The translations under genes were made by a program, and so were the position numbers. A model generated the notes under the pieces. The model was not told the origin of the DNA. It worked only from the letters and a program-made list of their open reading frames with translations, and did not search any database. From assembly GCF_009914755.1 (NCBI RefSeq), contig NC_060947.1: 64,000 bases of DNA; one strand, 5' to 3'. This document shows, piece by piece, positions 1 to 13,279 of the stretch. Numbering within the stretch: the first letter of the stretch is position 1; every line of letters starts with the position of its first letter. This stretch comes from the human T2T-CHM13v2.0 reference genome, Homo sapiens.

Positions 1-982
1 TTACTGCTATTGTCATAGCACTAGCACTTAGATATTTGGAAGCCTCCAGAAATATGTCTGCTCCTGGCCTTCTGCTGGGTTTCCACTGATTGATTTCTTA
101 ATAGAAACTGGAAAGTTGGGAAAAGTGGGAGAAGAGAAGTGGGCACATGCTGTGACCGGAAGATGAAACAAGGCACTGATAAGTTTGAACGTGGATGATG
201 GCACTTCTAGTTTCTCTCAAAGACCTTGTAATATCTGGCTGTAAAGGTGACTTTCTTGAGTGTGTGTTGAAGGTGACTTTTGTACACAGAAAAGATTATT
301 TAAGGGCAGTTTTGTGGACAAACTTGATATCCAATGTATTCAAGTTACACATTTAAAATCATATTTCTTCCTTATTTTTTAACAATTTGTAAATCTAGCA
401 AAATTTTATAGTCATTTTTATGAGGACTTGTGACAACATAATTAAATGCCCTTCAACATTTAAATGGTATTTCTGTATTTCTTTTAAAGCCCTTCAGTTA
501 TCTGACAAACGCTTCCAAGTATTGAATAACTTTTATAAAGCTGTTTTAAACATATAGATGTGTTTTGTTCTTGTAAATGTCTCAGTCCCATTTATAAACT
601 GTCTTTTAACATATAAACCCAAATCTAAATCAATTACTCAGCACACATTTTAAATTAGAATTCCAAGTCTTATTCTTGCCATATTCTCTTAAATAATGTA
701 AAGCACTCATAATATAAAACATATACAGATTAATTCTAAATTTAATGTGAATATATTAATACTATGGGATTGATTTACTCCATCATTTCTGTACTTAATT
801 CTAAACCTTTCTGGGATTAAAACACACCCAATAAGAAAATCGTTCTCAGCCAGTAAAGTTCGGGTTTCCATCTTGATTCACTGTTTTTAATTCAGGCAGA
901 GAGACATAAGTCTGGTCTTTATTCATACTTGTGACCCTAATGAGAAATACCAGTTGCTGTTAATATCCCGATGATTGCTTGA

Positions 983-1209
983 CCAGTGCTTCTTAATCTT
1001 TAGTGTGCACACGAATCAGCACAAGACTCGCCTTGGTGTCTTGTTAAAATAAAGGTTTGGATTTGGTTGTGAGTTCTCACAACCCCACCCCGACTTACCA
1101 AATCCCAGGTGAGTCTTGTGCACATCTGTGTGCACATTAATGATTGTACCCAGCTCCCAGGTAATACCTGTGTCGCTGGGGCAGCAACTACACTTGAGTG
1201 AGTAGTGAC
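983..1209 (+). mobile_element. MER5A/MER5B-like hAT-Charlie MITE, internally rearranged
   Basis: Starts CAGTGCTTCTTAATCTTTAGTGTGCAC...GAATCA...CTTGTTAAAAT and ends CTCCCAGGTAATACCTG...ACTACACTTGAG, resembling MER5 termini; the middle is replaced by inverted repeats. Confidence 0.6.
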
Positions 1210-1876
1210 GCCTTAGATTCAAGTGCCATTTTACATCATTCTTCATCTACTCATAGATGACTTCATCCCCCATTGAGGTAGTTCACTTCCTTCACAGTTT
1301 GATTGGTTTTGCATTTCTTTGACTCTCTTAAGGCATTCAAATGTCATTTCCATTAGACTTCGCAGACTTTTCCAGGCTTTGTGTCACTGTGGTCAGACAA
1401 CTGAACCCTTGAAGATTAAAATTAATCATTTATAGTGAAAAAATAGATTGTTTTGAAATAAATGCATAGAAATATTTTGATAGAAAAAGAACGTAGAAAG
1501 GACAAGTTTGCCAGACTGACAGTTTGAACTCTGTTGAATGAACACGAGGTTTTATAAATGTAAGATACAACATTTTAAAAAGTTGGTTCCTGTATCTAAA
1601 TGAATTTTTAGATTGTCTCTAGATACTTTGTATTGATCAAACATATTAATACAGATGCAAGTTTTTTTTAACATAATGGCTGTGCCTCCCTCCCTATCAA
1701 TCCTTATAGTCAGAAAATACAGCTTGCTGGATGATTTTTCCCGTCAAATATCTGAGAAGCAAGGGACCTCATAGAGTATGTGTGCCTTTTGGTTGAACTA
1801 GCTTATTCCAAGCCAAGTTTTTCACTAACATTTCTTTATTCTATAAAAGTAGACAATTTAAATGTTAGAAAGGAAA

Positions 1877-1877
<1 letters not shown>

Positions 1878-1919
<42 letters not shown>

Positions 1920-1930
1920 TGTGTGTGTGT
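1878..1930. repeat. (TG)n microsatellite
   Basis: About 26 TG units with one TA interruption. Confidence 0.97.
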
Positions 1931-2301
1931 TTCCTTCTTTGAATGTTTTTGATGTTGACAGCCTGGAAGCAAGCAGTGAGCATTGAGCCTCTGCTCCTTT
2001 CCATTCTGAGACCCTTTTTCACCCTATGATCTTACAAAAGGCCTGAATAAAACATCTCGTTTACTTGCCTGGCCCTATAGGCAGTTAAGTTCACTACCTT
2101 ACTAGAAATGGGTCCTCTCATACAGTGTTCATAGGAATGTACCTGTGTACAGCCTGTGCAGGTATTTTGACCAAGCAGCTCTACTTCTAGAAATCTGTCC
2201 AAATAGTTAATGGGACAGGTATGCAATTTTGTTCAAGAACTTTCTTTGTGGCATTGTTCACAACAGCAAGATATTAGAAACCAACTGAATATCCATCCAT
2301 A

Positions 2302-3034
2302 TGTAACCACCCAATGGCTTCTCCATGTCTGCTGCCTAGCAGAGCCAATTTATCAAGACAAGGGAATTGCAATAGAGAAAGAGTTTAATTTATTCAGAGC
2401 TCGCTGTGCAAGGGCCAGAGTTTTATTATTACTCAAATCAGTCTCCCTGAAAACTCAGGGATTGGGGTTTTTAAGGATAATTTGGTGGGTAGAAGGTCAG
2501 AAAGTGGGGAGTGCTGATTGGTCCAGTCAGAGATGAAATCATAAGTTGCTGAAGCTGTCCTCTTGCACTGAGTCAGTTCCTGGGTGGAGACCACAAGACC
2601 AAATGAGCAAGTTTATCGATCTGGGTGGTGCCAGCTGATCCCTCTAGTACAGGATCTGCAAAATATCTCAAGCAGTGATCTTAGGTTTCACAATAGTGAT
2701 GTTGTCACCAGGAGCAATTTGAGGAGGTTCAGTAATCTTGTAATCTCCAGCTCCACGATTCCTAAACCATAATTTCTAATCTTATGGCTAATTTGTGAGT
2801 CCTGCAAAGACAGTCCAGTCCTCAGGCAGAAAGGGAGTTTGTTTTGGGAAAGGGTGATTATCATCTTTGTTTCAAAGTTAAACTATAAACTAATTTCCTC
2901 CCAAAGTTAGTTCAGCCTATGCCCAGGAATGAACAAGAACAGTTTGGAGGTTGGAAGCAAGATGGAGTCAGTTAGGTCAGACCTCTTTCACTGTAATAAT
3001 TGTCTCAGTTATAATTTTTGCAAAGGTGGTTTCA
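2302..3034 (-). mobile_element. LTR8-family solo LTR (ERV1)
   Basis: Minus strand begins TGAAACCACCTTTGCAAAAATTATAACTGAGAC...GACTCCATCTTGCTTCCAACCTCCAAACTG, matching the LTR8 5' end; TG...CA termini; ~730 bp. Confidence 0.9.
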
Positions 3035-3144
3035 AGTATGGATCATTCACACAATTGGAATCCTTTACAGTCATTACAAATCTGTATTAATCATCATGGA
3101 AAAGAGCTATGTCATGTATTTTTATTTTTTAAAATTTTAAAATT

Positions 3145-3275
3145 TTTATTATTTTTGCAGAGGTGGGGTCTCACCATATTGCCCAGGCTGGTCTCCAACC
3201 CCTGGGTTCAAGCTATCCTCCCACCTTAGTCTCCCAAAGTGTTGGGATTACAGGTGTGAGCCACCACACCTTGCC
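3145..3275 (-). mobile_element. Alu left monomer (FLAM-type)
   Basis: GGTCTCACCATATTGCCCAGGCTGG...CTCCCAAAGTGTTGGGATTACAGGTGTGAGCCACC; left arm only. Confidence 0.9.
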
Positions 3276-3337
3276 TTGATGTATTTTTAAAAGAATAAAG
3301 CAGGCTACAAATAATGAGTTATGGTGAAACTCTGTTA

Positions 3338-3765
3338 TTGTAAATAAAATTAATGTTTTAAAAATTATCAAACAAGGTAGACTCATGATTCATACAACTG
3401 TAAAATGAACACGTTAAAGATTTTTATTTAACTCATTATTAATGAGGGAACTGGTGAGATGTTAAAACAGTTCAAAGGAGAATCCAAAGAATGAACATAT
3501 TTAGGGATCAGGAATATTTAAATGAATTTACAAATGATTGCAAAAACAGCTTCTTCCACAGTGGGAAAGGGAGTCAATTGTACCTCCATCTTATGGAATG
3601 TAGACAAGTATTATTTTGCGTTGTTGTCAGTTATCTAACACTTACAGAGTTGCAACATAGTTCAAAGGCAATGCAAGGCACAGAGCCCCCCTACAGTCAG
3701 AATCAGATCACTTGGAAGGATGGGTTCTCAAGTGGAGAGCCTAAACAAGGCATAGTTTTCTCTTA
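3338..3765. mobile_element. Probable old LTR (family uncertain)
   Basis: ~430-bp block starting TGTAAATAAAATT that interrupts the L1ME fragment; only a vague resemblance to ERV1-type LTRs. Confidence 0.35.
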
Positions 3766-4859
3766 AATCACATATTTCCCTCATATATGTTTAAAAGTGT
3801 GGAATGAACAGAAAGAATGACAAGTTGTTTTCTATGGATGGTAAGATTTTGTGTTATTATTTCTATCTTTTCTGTTTTTCTGTACTTTCACAGCATTTCT
3901 AAAAGAACATATAATTTTTTATAATCAGGAGGAAAAACACACTTCTGTATTGAAAAGCATTTACAAATCACCTTCTCATGTTTTTAGTAAATCCTTCAAC
4001 AATGACAACAATAAAGGAAATTGCTATGTATCTGCTGCCTGTAGGGTATTGTGATTACTAGGGTGAGAATAGGGGCCAGAGAATGTGGGCGGTCAACATC
4101 AGCTGTGCTAACCTGCTATTTCTGGTGGGTCCTCCAATTGATTGCTTGGTGTTCAGGCCTAAATTATTTCCACTTATAAGAGATATGATGGAACCAAAGT
4201 GCATTAGCACGTCAGAGGTGCTTTTAGCTTTAACACTCAATAAATGAAGTGCCAGGAAGTTGCTAATATTTTCTGTACCTTCTTAAGATGAGTCCAGAAA
4301 AAGCCTGTTTACTAATGAGCAGTTCCTGGGTGGGAGAAGGGAGAAGGACAGTGTCTGTGCATGGTCTGTCAGAAGGGAAGATGCTTCCCATAACTGTGTG
4401 TGATGACAGTTACTAATGAATAGATGTTTCAGAGTTCATGCTACCCCCCTCTAGTTAATGTTCTTACTTATAGAACTGATTTGAAAATTAAACAGAGATG
4501 TTTCTTTCTTCAATTTTATGGTTGTAAAGAGATAATAAACAAACTGATGGCTTGTATTCTTCCAGAATTGTTTGCCTAGGTATCAGTTATTGCCTAGAGA
4601 TTTGTTGTCTTTCTGTCCTCTGGGTGCTTTTTCTTCTTTTTTTTTTTTAACCTCTCATGCCATTGTATTTCTGGTATAATCCTTATTTTCTTACATCTTG
4701 CCAAACTGCAGTTCCTTTTGGATGCCAGATTTTTCTTGTAATCTTCATCCTGACTGATGAGAGATTTACAGAGCAGTTGGCCCACACATACAATATAGCT
4801 AAGAATCTTATTGACAGTGTACACGGACTATTTTGGATAATCCTAGAGGCTTATATTTA

Positions 4860-4980
4860 TAGCTTGTTGTATCAAAATGATTAAGATAGCATCAATAATT
4901 TAACAGCAGTCTCTTGCTCTTCTTTAGCTCAGAGCTGTTGTGCATGTTGATGTCAAAATGTTTTTGTTGAATGAATGAAC
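4860..4980 (+). mobile_element. L2 3' end
   Basis: Ends TGTTTTTGTTGAATGAATGAA, a typical L2 tail. Confidence 0.5.
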
Positions 4981-5249
4981 TGAACTATGTTTATTTGTAG
5001 CAAACTATGTGTCACCTTTATGGAGTACTGGTGTGAGTGGTTATGTAAGCATTCTGCCCTCGGAATAACATCACCTATAAAAAATATTTGGGGTGCTCGT
5101 ATCCACATTTTATTTGAAGGTTTAGTTCTAAGAATACTTATCTCCAACAATGCTGAGTATCCTTCCCATTATGCTCAGGGCACTGATCTTTAGGGGAAGA
5201 CTGGCCATGGGAGAAAGGAAGTAGGAGGCAAATTTTGTTTTTGATGCCT

Positions 5250-5724
5250 ATACTAAATTAATTTGTGTTACCCCAAACTCCATGTTCACCTGGTACCTGT
5301 GAATGTAACCTTATTAGGAAATAGGGTCTTTGTGGATGTAATCAAATTAAGATGAGGTCATACTGGATTAAGGTAGACCCTAAATCGATGTCTGGTGTCC
5401 TAATAAGAAGGCTATGTGAAGACACAGGCACAGAGACACAGAGAGAAGGATGCCATGTAACAACAGAGGCTGAGATAGAAGTGATGCAACTCCAAGAAAA
5501 GGAATGCCAAGGATTGCTGGCCACCACCAGAAGCTATTAATGGGAAGAGGCAAGGAAGGATTATTGATCTAGGATTCTTCTCTAGAACCTTCAGAGGAAG
5601 CATGGCCCTGCTGACACCTTGGTTTCAGACTTCTGGCTTCCATACTGTGAGAGAATAAATTTCTGTTGTTTTAAGTCACTTAGTTTAGGGTAATTTGTTA
5701 TGGCATCCATGGGAAACTAATGCA
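5250..5724 (+). mobile_element. MLT1C-like MaLR LTR
   Basis: GAAATAGGGTCTTTGTGGATGTAATCAAATTAAGATGAGGTCATACTGG...GAGAGAATAAATTTCTGTTGTTTTAAG...GGAAACTAATGCA. Confidence 0.85.
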
Positions 5725-5809
5725 ATGTCTCCCACTTGATGTTCCCCTTTCTTCCTTAGTGTTTCTCATTCCCCTGGTATCCTGTGCCCTTATCTTGTAG
5801 CTTTATTCA

Positions 5810-6290
5810 TGTGTTAGTCAAGATCGAGTGAAGTAAGAATAAAACACTCTAGATAAATTGAACAGGAAAGGATCGAATATAGGGAATTACCTGCTTACAC
5901 ACTGTTCGAGAAATTTGGGAGTCAAAGTCAAGGATACTTTTGTTGGTATCAAGAACTCAGAAAGTGCAGCAAAGGCAAGAAATGACTACCTAATATCTTA
6001 GCAACCTAGAACACTTAATGGGGTCATTCTCAGGAAGATGCTTGGAAGACACCAACAAAACACTACATATATATTAATGCCCAAACGTCCGACTCCAGCT
6101 GCTGCCAGTGAATAATGTCTTCTCTTTCTCTTCCCCTACCAGGTTTCTGTCAGTGATGGTCATTGGCAGAATATGAATGCAAACCCTACTGCTAAAGAGA
6201 GCTGGGAAATGTTTCCAGACTTTCAGCCCTAGTGATACTGGGGAGAGTTTTGAAGGGCAAGGACAGAACTGAATACAAGAGATGCTGTCC
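5810..6290 (-). mobile_element. Old MaLR/ERVL-type LTR
   Basis: TGTGTTAGTCAAG start and CATTGGCAGAA...GAGAGCTGGGAAATG motif, typical of old MLT1/ERVL LTRs read in reverse. Confidence 0.5.
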
Positions 6291-6715
6291 TGCTTACTCA
6301 GCTTAATTCCTTTCCTTCAAAACAAAAACAAAAGCACTTGCTTCTCAGAAGGATTCTGTTAATCTATTTATTTACACCAAGGTATTATGGACCAACAATA
6401 CCTTCAAATGCATTTTTTTCCCCCAGGACAATTTGTACTTTCACAAGAACAAAGATTTAATTTAAAGAAGCGAATCCATCTAATTGACAACTGGTTGGAA
6501 CAGGGACTCACTGACAACACTGTTTCCTGAGGGGTCCTCAGAGATACAAAGACATTTTAGACAGAAATCTACTCTTCAGGATTTTAATCTATTTAGCCTT
6601 TTCTTTGTATGTGCAAAGATATTTGGTTTTGTTGATCTTTTGTTCTTATACAAAAACATAAATGAGAGATTTCCTTCTGGTTAAATGAGGCATATTCTTC
6701 TCAATTCTCTGTCGC

Positions 6716-6945
6716 TAGTGGTTTTCAATAGGGCAGTTTGGATTCCCACGTTGTGCTCTCAGGAGACATCTTGTAATGTCTGGAGACATACTTGGTTGTC
6801 ACAACTGAGGTTGGGGGAGTACTACTGGCTTAGCTTGTGTTGAGGTCAGAGATGCTACGCTACATCGTGCAATGCACAGGGCAGCCCCCACAACAAAGAA
6901 TTACCCAGCCCAAAATGTCAATAGTGCCACAGTTAAGAAATTCTG
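6716..6945 (+). mobile_element. MER20 hAT MITE
   Basis: AATGTCTGGAGACATACTTGGTTGTCACAACTG...CCCCCACAACAAAGAATTACCCAGCCCAAAATGTCAATAGTGCC. Confidence 0.9.
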
Positions 6946-7769
6946 CTCTTTTGCTATATGTGGTTGGAGCAAAAAGGTGAGATAGAGTCTCTGTCTTGAT
7001 TCTAGGCTGTGGTGGGACTGCCTGCCCTCAGGTACCCTTGGATACTGTTGTCGCCCTTTGATGCTGCTGCCTTAACTTCTTCGCTGTCCTCTGAGGTACG
7101 CTGCCGAAAAGTGAGGCCAGAGCTCTCTCCCCCAGCTTCCCAATTCAGAACCAAGGTGCGGGCGCTGCATGCCCTCCCTTTTAACAACTCTTTGGGTTTG
7201 TTCCATTCTGAGATCCCTTTGATTTTCGAAGCCTCCTTCCCATATCCTGAGAGCAGCCTGTCTGTCAGCTTCTTCACTGCAGCTCCTTTTCCAGAGTCTC
7301 ATCTGCCTAGAACGCCTTTTCCCTTCTCTTCTCTTCATCACTGTCTTCTTCACCCCTGCCCCTTGCCAAATTGCTCTGTATCTTGACATTTTAAACATTC
7401 TCCTCTTTCTCTACATCACCTGCCTAGATTCACTGGAGCAAAGCTGATGGCATAAGAAATCTGCTATTCTCCCCAGATCCCTCCCCTGATCATTTATAGA
7501 CACTTGCCATCTCCCCCATTCCCAGAATGCTTATCTTGAATTTACACCTGTTGTAAATTGCCCCATTCATGAATTAGGCTAATGATTGTCTTTCTTTGTT
7601 CAATTGCTTCATGCCGAAGGAGTCACCTCTCTGGGTTCTCACATGCTGTAAATTATTAGAGGGCGAAAAGCAAGGTCCCAGTAGTGCTCTTCAACCAAGC
7701 TGGACACAAAATCAGAGCTAATCAAATGCTAAAAAAAAAAAAAAAAAGGCTTTTTAATGATGAAGGCGA

Positions 7770-7960
7770 TGATAACCCAAGCTGGAAGGGACTTTTGAAG
7801 CCCATGAAGCCTGTTCCCAGTGCACCTAGGCAGACTAAATCATCCAAGATAGATGAGGATTTATCCAATTTTCAATGATTTCCAGAGAGAGAAATTTCAC
7901 AACCTGTTCCAGTTATTAACTACCCTGTTATGAAATGCTTTCTCTAACCTAAATCGACTG
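7770..7960 (-). mobile_element. L3/CR1 LINE fragment
   Basis: ATCCAATTTTCAATGATTTCCAG...CTGTTCCAGT...TTTCTCTAACCTAAATC resembles a reversed CR1 3' region. Confidence 0.4.
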
Positions 7961-8719
7961 TCTCTTAAGGAATCAACATTGTATAAAAATATATACTAAA
8001 AAATTTTGAAATATGAGTTAAGATTTTATTTATATACAATACATTTATATAGTACCATTTCCCTTCAAGGTAAGAGGATTCTTATTTTTATCTGAAGAAA
8101 TTGCTAAGCCAGGGCTTTTGGCAAGGGGATTGGAATTGAGGACAAATGAGTAGCTTGAAAAGACGATAGATGGTATGAAGTAAGAAAAATAGTTTGATTC
8201 TTTCTGTATACTCTCAGAGTGTTACTGCACAGCTTACTTAGAATGCCAAAAGCTCTTTTAAGATGACTTATATATTGGGGTGTTTGGGGAATCACCTCTC
8301 CCTCTATATTAAAACGGTGCATTGTATTGTTTCCTTTATAACTTCCTACAGGGAAGCTGTTAAATTATGCAACTTTACAGGGCAGTTCTGTCTACCTCAG
8401 CATTACCCCTTTCATTGCAGGAATGAATTTTCAAGATTTGTGTAATGTATTCAGCAAATAAGGATTGAACCTCTTTGGTGTGCGCCGGCACCATGTGGGC
8501 TAATTATAGATTCAAAGAAGAAGACACTGTCTTGAACCTGCAAGGGGCTTTGGAGTTGAGAAGGGAATTTGGACATGTAAATAAGGAAGTCCCAGAAAGG
8601 GCTATAGGCTCTGTGATAGCAGCCTGTGAAACGTACAATGGGAAACATTTGGTACATAACTTTCTAATAAGTGTGTTTTTCTGCCTTCTTCAAGAACACA
8701 TGACTTTAAACCAAGATAA

Positions 8720-8917
8720 ACCTGGTGACAAATCTGGTCTTTATCACTGTGTGATCTTTCTGAGTCTCAGAATCTAACCTTGCAAATAGAAAGAAACCCC
8801 ATCTGCCTTAAAGATTATTGTGGTGATTAAATTAAACTAAATTGAATTAAATTCAGTAATGTGGTTTAAAAACACTAAGCAAAGGGCCTAGTATTGCATA
8901 GGTATTTAATAAATGTT
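8720..8917 (+). mobile_element. MIR
   Basis: CTGTGTGATCTTTCTGAGTCTCAG...ATTATTGTGGTGATTAAAT...GGTATTTAATAAATGTT. Confidence 0.65.
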
Positions 8918-9039
8918 GTTTTTGTCTTATCTCTTTGATGATTCAAAGATATTGTAAGAGACCTCTATATTTATTCTTTTTTGGGGAGGAGGGGGCTTCT
9001 AACTTCAAAATAACCTTCTTACATTTGGAGACTCTCCCA

Positions 9040-9532
9040 AGTCATGAGGCAGAGCCAACCCTACTGTAGAATCTAAAGATGACACAGACCCATCTTTCCA
9101 AACTTCCTTGCAGCTAGCAGTGGGGCATATGGGCAATCAGACATACTAACACCTGTCCTTGAATTAGTAGCTCATGGTTTGGAGAAGCAGGGGCTACCCA
9201 GAATCCATTCTTATGATGAGTCACATTGGCAGCAGCCACCACGCCTAGTCTTAGAGGTCTCAGATGCAGCAGTGCTAACAGAGGCAGTTCAGGTTCAGCA
9301 CTGGTGGTATCTGTGGTACAAGTTTCAGTGTCTGTCCTCAGTGGTAGCAGCTGTGATATCCTTACTATCCTGATCTGTGATGTGATTTTAAATGTTGACC
9401 CTGGGTGCATTGACTCCAACCCTGATTCTTATGATGTTTATGAACAACAAATTATCCTTTAATTAATCCCTTTTGAGCTTGTGTTATCCACATTCTGTTT
9501 GTTTTGCTCACAACTAGAACTTTTGACTGATA
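9040..9532 (+). mobile_element. LTR33/LTR16-like ERVL LTR
   Basis: TTTCCAAACTTCCTTGCAGCTAG...GGCAATCAGAC, GCAGC-rich middle, ends CAACTAGAACTTTTGACTGATA. Confidence 0.55.
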
Positions 9533-10059
9533 AAAATATTGTTATAAATATCATAATCTTGTTTTGTTATACAGTAATGTTTTATATGCTATCAAATAAG
9601 GAAAGACTGTTGTTTCCTTCCATATGAAATAGACTCTTATAATGATCCCTTTTCAATTGGTTTGCATTTTTTTGGTTGTTTTTTAAACCTTACTGCATCT
9701 TCCTTTACTGTCATATGTCATTTCTCATTAGAAAAATTACAGCATACCAGAGTTTCCATTTTCTTGATGCTACATCTACATGATAGGGAGAGAGCTATAC
9801 CTTGTAGGATTGCCAAAACCTATAATGCCATATGCAGAGATAAAACAATTCAGACTTTTTGTTTTTGGCAAGAAAAAAATGCCTCACAATTTTTTTTATG
9901 AATATTCTATTTTAAAACCTATTAAGCCCCAATGCTCTTTTCTTTAGATAGAAATTTCTCAATATTTTAACTAAAGCTGTGAAATAGAAAAAGGGAGAAC
10001 TCTTTTAATTTTTTAAAAAGAAACGTTGAATCAGAAACAAATCTCTAAGGTTCTCATTC

Positions 10060-11140
10060 CAATATTGGCAGCATAGCTTGTATTGTGCTAACTATTGGAC
10101 TATTTTGCTGATAATAACTGTACATTAAAAATTATAAACTGTAAAAATCGTTGTTTGAAAGCTACTTGGAAAGTAGTAAAAGCAAGCCAGAACTATAAGG
10201 GATATGGCTCTTGAAAGAAGAGGAGCACATCAGGCAGGATCCACACTTAACTGGTTTTTCTGCTGAGCGTGCTTCCCAGTTTGTTGTGGCACACTGAGAT
10301 AGAGCTCAAGCAGAAGGTGGCATTCTTATTAAGTGAAGAAGTCAGAGGTTAGAGCTCAGGGCTACCAAAAACTTCTGGAAATCGGGAGGGGGAATCCTGG
10401 AAATGGAGAATCCTAAAATCTACATACAAATCCCTAGTTGACTCCTAAACTATGCACATGCAGGTATGATTTCAAGGAACACAAAAGGAAGCAGTAGTTG
10501 GAAAGTTAATGATCTGAGCAGAGGTGATACCAGCTTCCTGGTTCTAGGAAGACAGAGATTGGAGTTCAAATCCTGCCAAGTTATAAAGATTTGGCAAACA
10601 ATTCAAGATTTTCTTTGGAACCCAGAGTAGCTATGCATTAGAAGCAGGGACCATGTCCCAGGAATGATAACTATATCCTTGAAATAATGGCAAAACTAAA
10701 ATAGACCCATTGTAAGAAAACCTGAAAACCAAGCCTCCACAAAATTAAGGTGACCCACTTGTAATATAATGGTCTGACATGACAAAATTCAACACTCTTC
10801 AGAGGAACAGAGCAGAATTCACAGTCTATACAACGTATTATCAATAATATCCAGCATATAATCATAAATTGCTAGACAGGCAACAGGCAGGCAAATATAA
10901 CCTATAATCAAGTAGAAAATCAAGACCTTGTCTCCATAAAAAAGGAAAAAAAAAAGTCAATAGCTGAAGACCACATGTCATCCAGATTTTGGTATTAGCA
11001 GATAAAGACTACTATAATGTGTTTGAAGGTTTCTAGGAAAAAATGGATATAGTGGGTGAAAATATGGGGAATAAGGGGAGAGAGAAGAAACCACTGCACC
11101 CTGAAAAAAAAAAATCCCAATTAGAAATCCTACAAAAGAA
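10060..11140 (+). mobile_element. Degraded L1M 5'UTR/ORF1 region
   Basis: A-rich strand with GATTTTGGTATTAGCAGATAAAGAC and CAATTAGAAATCCTACAAAAGAAAAATA, typical of old L1 ORF1 starts. Confidence 0.6.
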
Positions 11141-12628
11141 AAATAAAGATGATATCTTTGGTATCCTATTCACTTTTGTATCCTTTGCAATGTCTTTATG
11201 CCAAATAGAATTGTTTTTGCATAGCTGATTGTTAATTACTGTTAAAAGGTAAATTTATTTAAATCCATAAACTTGGACTTCCTCCTTTAAATCATATAAA
11301 AATAGGCATATAATACCTTACTATACTATAATAAAATGTTTACAGTAAATTAAAGTAGTAATGAACCTTAGTAATTTTTTAATATATTTGAACAAATTAT
11401 TTCAGTTAAGCTATTCTGCCCTCCAATTAAATACAATCATGCATTACATTTACTGTCTATATCTAAAGCGTTAAGAGTAAAATTATGGAATAATTCAATT
11501 GGAGATATCTTTGGCAAAATTATGCATCAATTGGAAGAAACTACAACAACAATTATAAATTATTCTGGTAGGGTGGTTTTCCTTATTTAGAATCAGCTAA
11601 CTGAAGTAAGCTAGCTTTCAATAAGGTGATTAATTTGTTTATTTTAATTATTGAACATAAAAACTGTTTGTGAGATTAACGATCACATTATCCAACATAA
11701 TTAACCTGTAATGGAATTTTGTCTTCTTAAATTGAAGTATCATTTTTTTCAGTCCTCTTATAAATTAGTCCTGTCCGTCTTGAATCAATATATAAATTAA
11801 GTATTGTTAATCATAAAATATTTTTAAAATAGCTACAATATAGTACAAGTGGTTTTAATTTAGGTCTCATAAAACTAAAAGCAGATATCCCTACATTTTT
11901 GTATTTCATAGAATAGTAATATATTTAAAAGTATGTTTTTGAGATTAACACTAATTTGTTTGCCAACTTTATGTTGCATATTTGAAAGAACAGAACCAAA
12001 AACCAGTATATGTACTATCTTTACTTCATAAAAGAAATGACTTTACAGAACCAAAAATTAATTTAGGTAACCGCAATATCAAGAGAAACTGGAATCCTCT
12101 ATGAGCAAGCACTGTAGATATTTAAAGCCACATCTATTTATATATCCATTACATAGACTTATCTTTTTTCACTGCAAAGTGTTGGACACCTCCTCACTGA
12201 AATCTACAGATTATCATTTAAAAGCCCTGCAGTAGTATGTGAAGGGCTTCAGTGCAGCAGATGGGCTTGGTTCATGGGAGTGGTTGGGTCCTGTGTGTCT
12301 CTTTAAAGTGTTTGGATACATTTATCTATCAGCACACGTTAGTACTTTTCTGGGAAGAAGTTTCCTAACTTTCACATAGTTATCAATTGTGTTCTTAATT
12401 CCAAGGATAAAAATCCTTGCTAGTAGCCCTTTTCATTTATGGCAAGTGGTGTATCTCTTCCATTTTCTCATTGCTCTCAACTGTTAATAATTGACAAGAG
12501 AACCCAGTTTAAAGGGATATTCATTTGGTCATTTCTTAGAATCATTTCACTTACAAGAAATGAAGTGAGCCTTCTCGGTATCAGATGTTGCTGTTGTAAA
12601 ATATGAAAGCCATTGCCGTTTTTCATAG

Positions 12629-12678
12629 GTTCCACTGAAGTGATAGTTGCTTGGTTTTCTTTCTGTGGTGGTACATTT
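12629..12678 (+). other. Candidate 50-nt internal (probably non-coding) exon
   Basis: Acceptor CCGTTTTTCATAG|G and donor TTT|GTGAGT; motif evidence only. Confidence 0.25.
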
Positions 12679-13279
12679 GTGAGTAATTATTTGCCCTGTG
12701 ACTTTGTGTATACCCTACTTCACTCAAGAAAAAGATTGAAAATTGTTCCTAAATCCATGCACAAAACAATAAGACAACATGTAAAGTAAGTAATAAAAGT
12801 TAGTCAACAAGAAATGCCGACCAAAAAGAAAGATGATCTGAAGCCAAGTGTTAATACATCAAACATGTGTCTCAAGCTGCTTCTGCATGATACACAGTTC
12901 AGAATTGGAACCAATCTTCCTAGTAGTCAGTACAAAGGGGAAAATCAGTTGAATTAGAGTGGGAAAGAACACAGGTCTGACAAACTAGCTTGAGCCAGCA
13001 GAAGCCAGCTTGAATGAGCACAGGCCCATGTGGCCCAGCACAAGCCAATATGAACCAATTAGAAGCGGCCTGAGTCACACATCTTCCCTCAGATGGTGGT
13101 GTGGTTCTGCCTTCCTTTTCCTGGGAACCTGCCTTCAGCAGCATCTCCCCTGATGAGGAGGGTGAGATGTGGACTTAGAGGGGCTGGCCAGACAGAAAGG
13201 ATGAACAAGGGTGTCTTCATCTTGTACAAAACACAAAGGGGGAGTAGCTTCTTAACTTACATTTGAAAGTAGCTTGGCG

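Larger units (their letters stand above)
2160..3935 (+). mobile_element. Old L1M/L1ME 3' fragment split by younger insertions
   Basis: L1 3' motifs CACAACAGCAAGATATTAGAAACCAACTGAATATCCATC (2258-2297), resuming at ~3035-3110, with an L1ME-type 3' end at ~3790-3935. Confidence 0.55.

Noticed and set aside
7002-7398. Overlapping 91-125 aa ORFs in a slightly CpG-richer patch
   Set aside because: Low-complexity Ser/Pro/Leu translations with no domain; more likely a regulatory patch or chance
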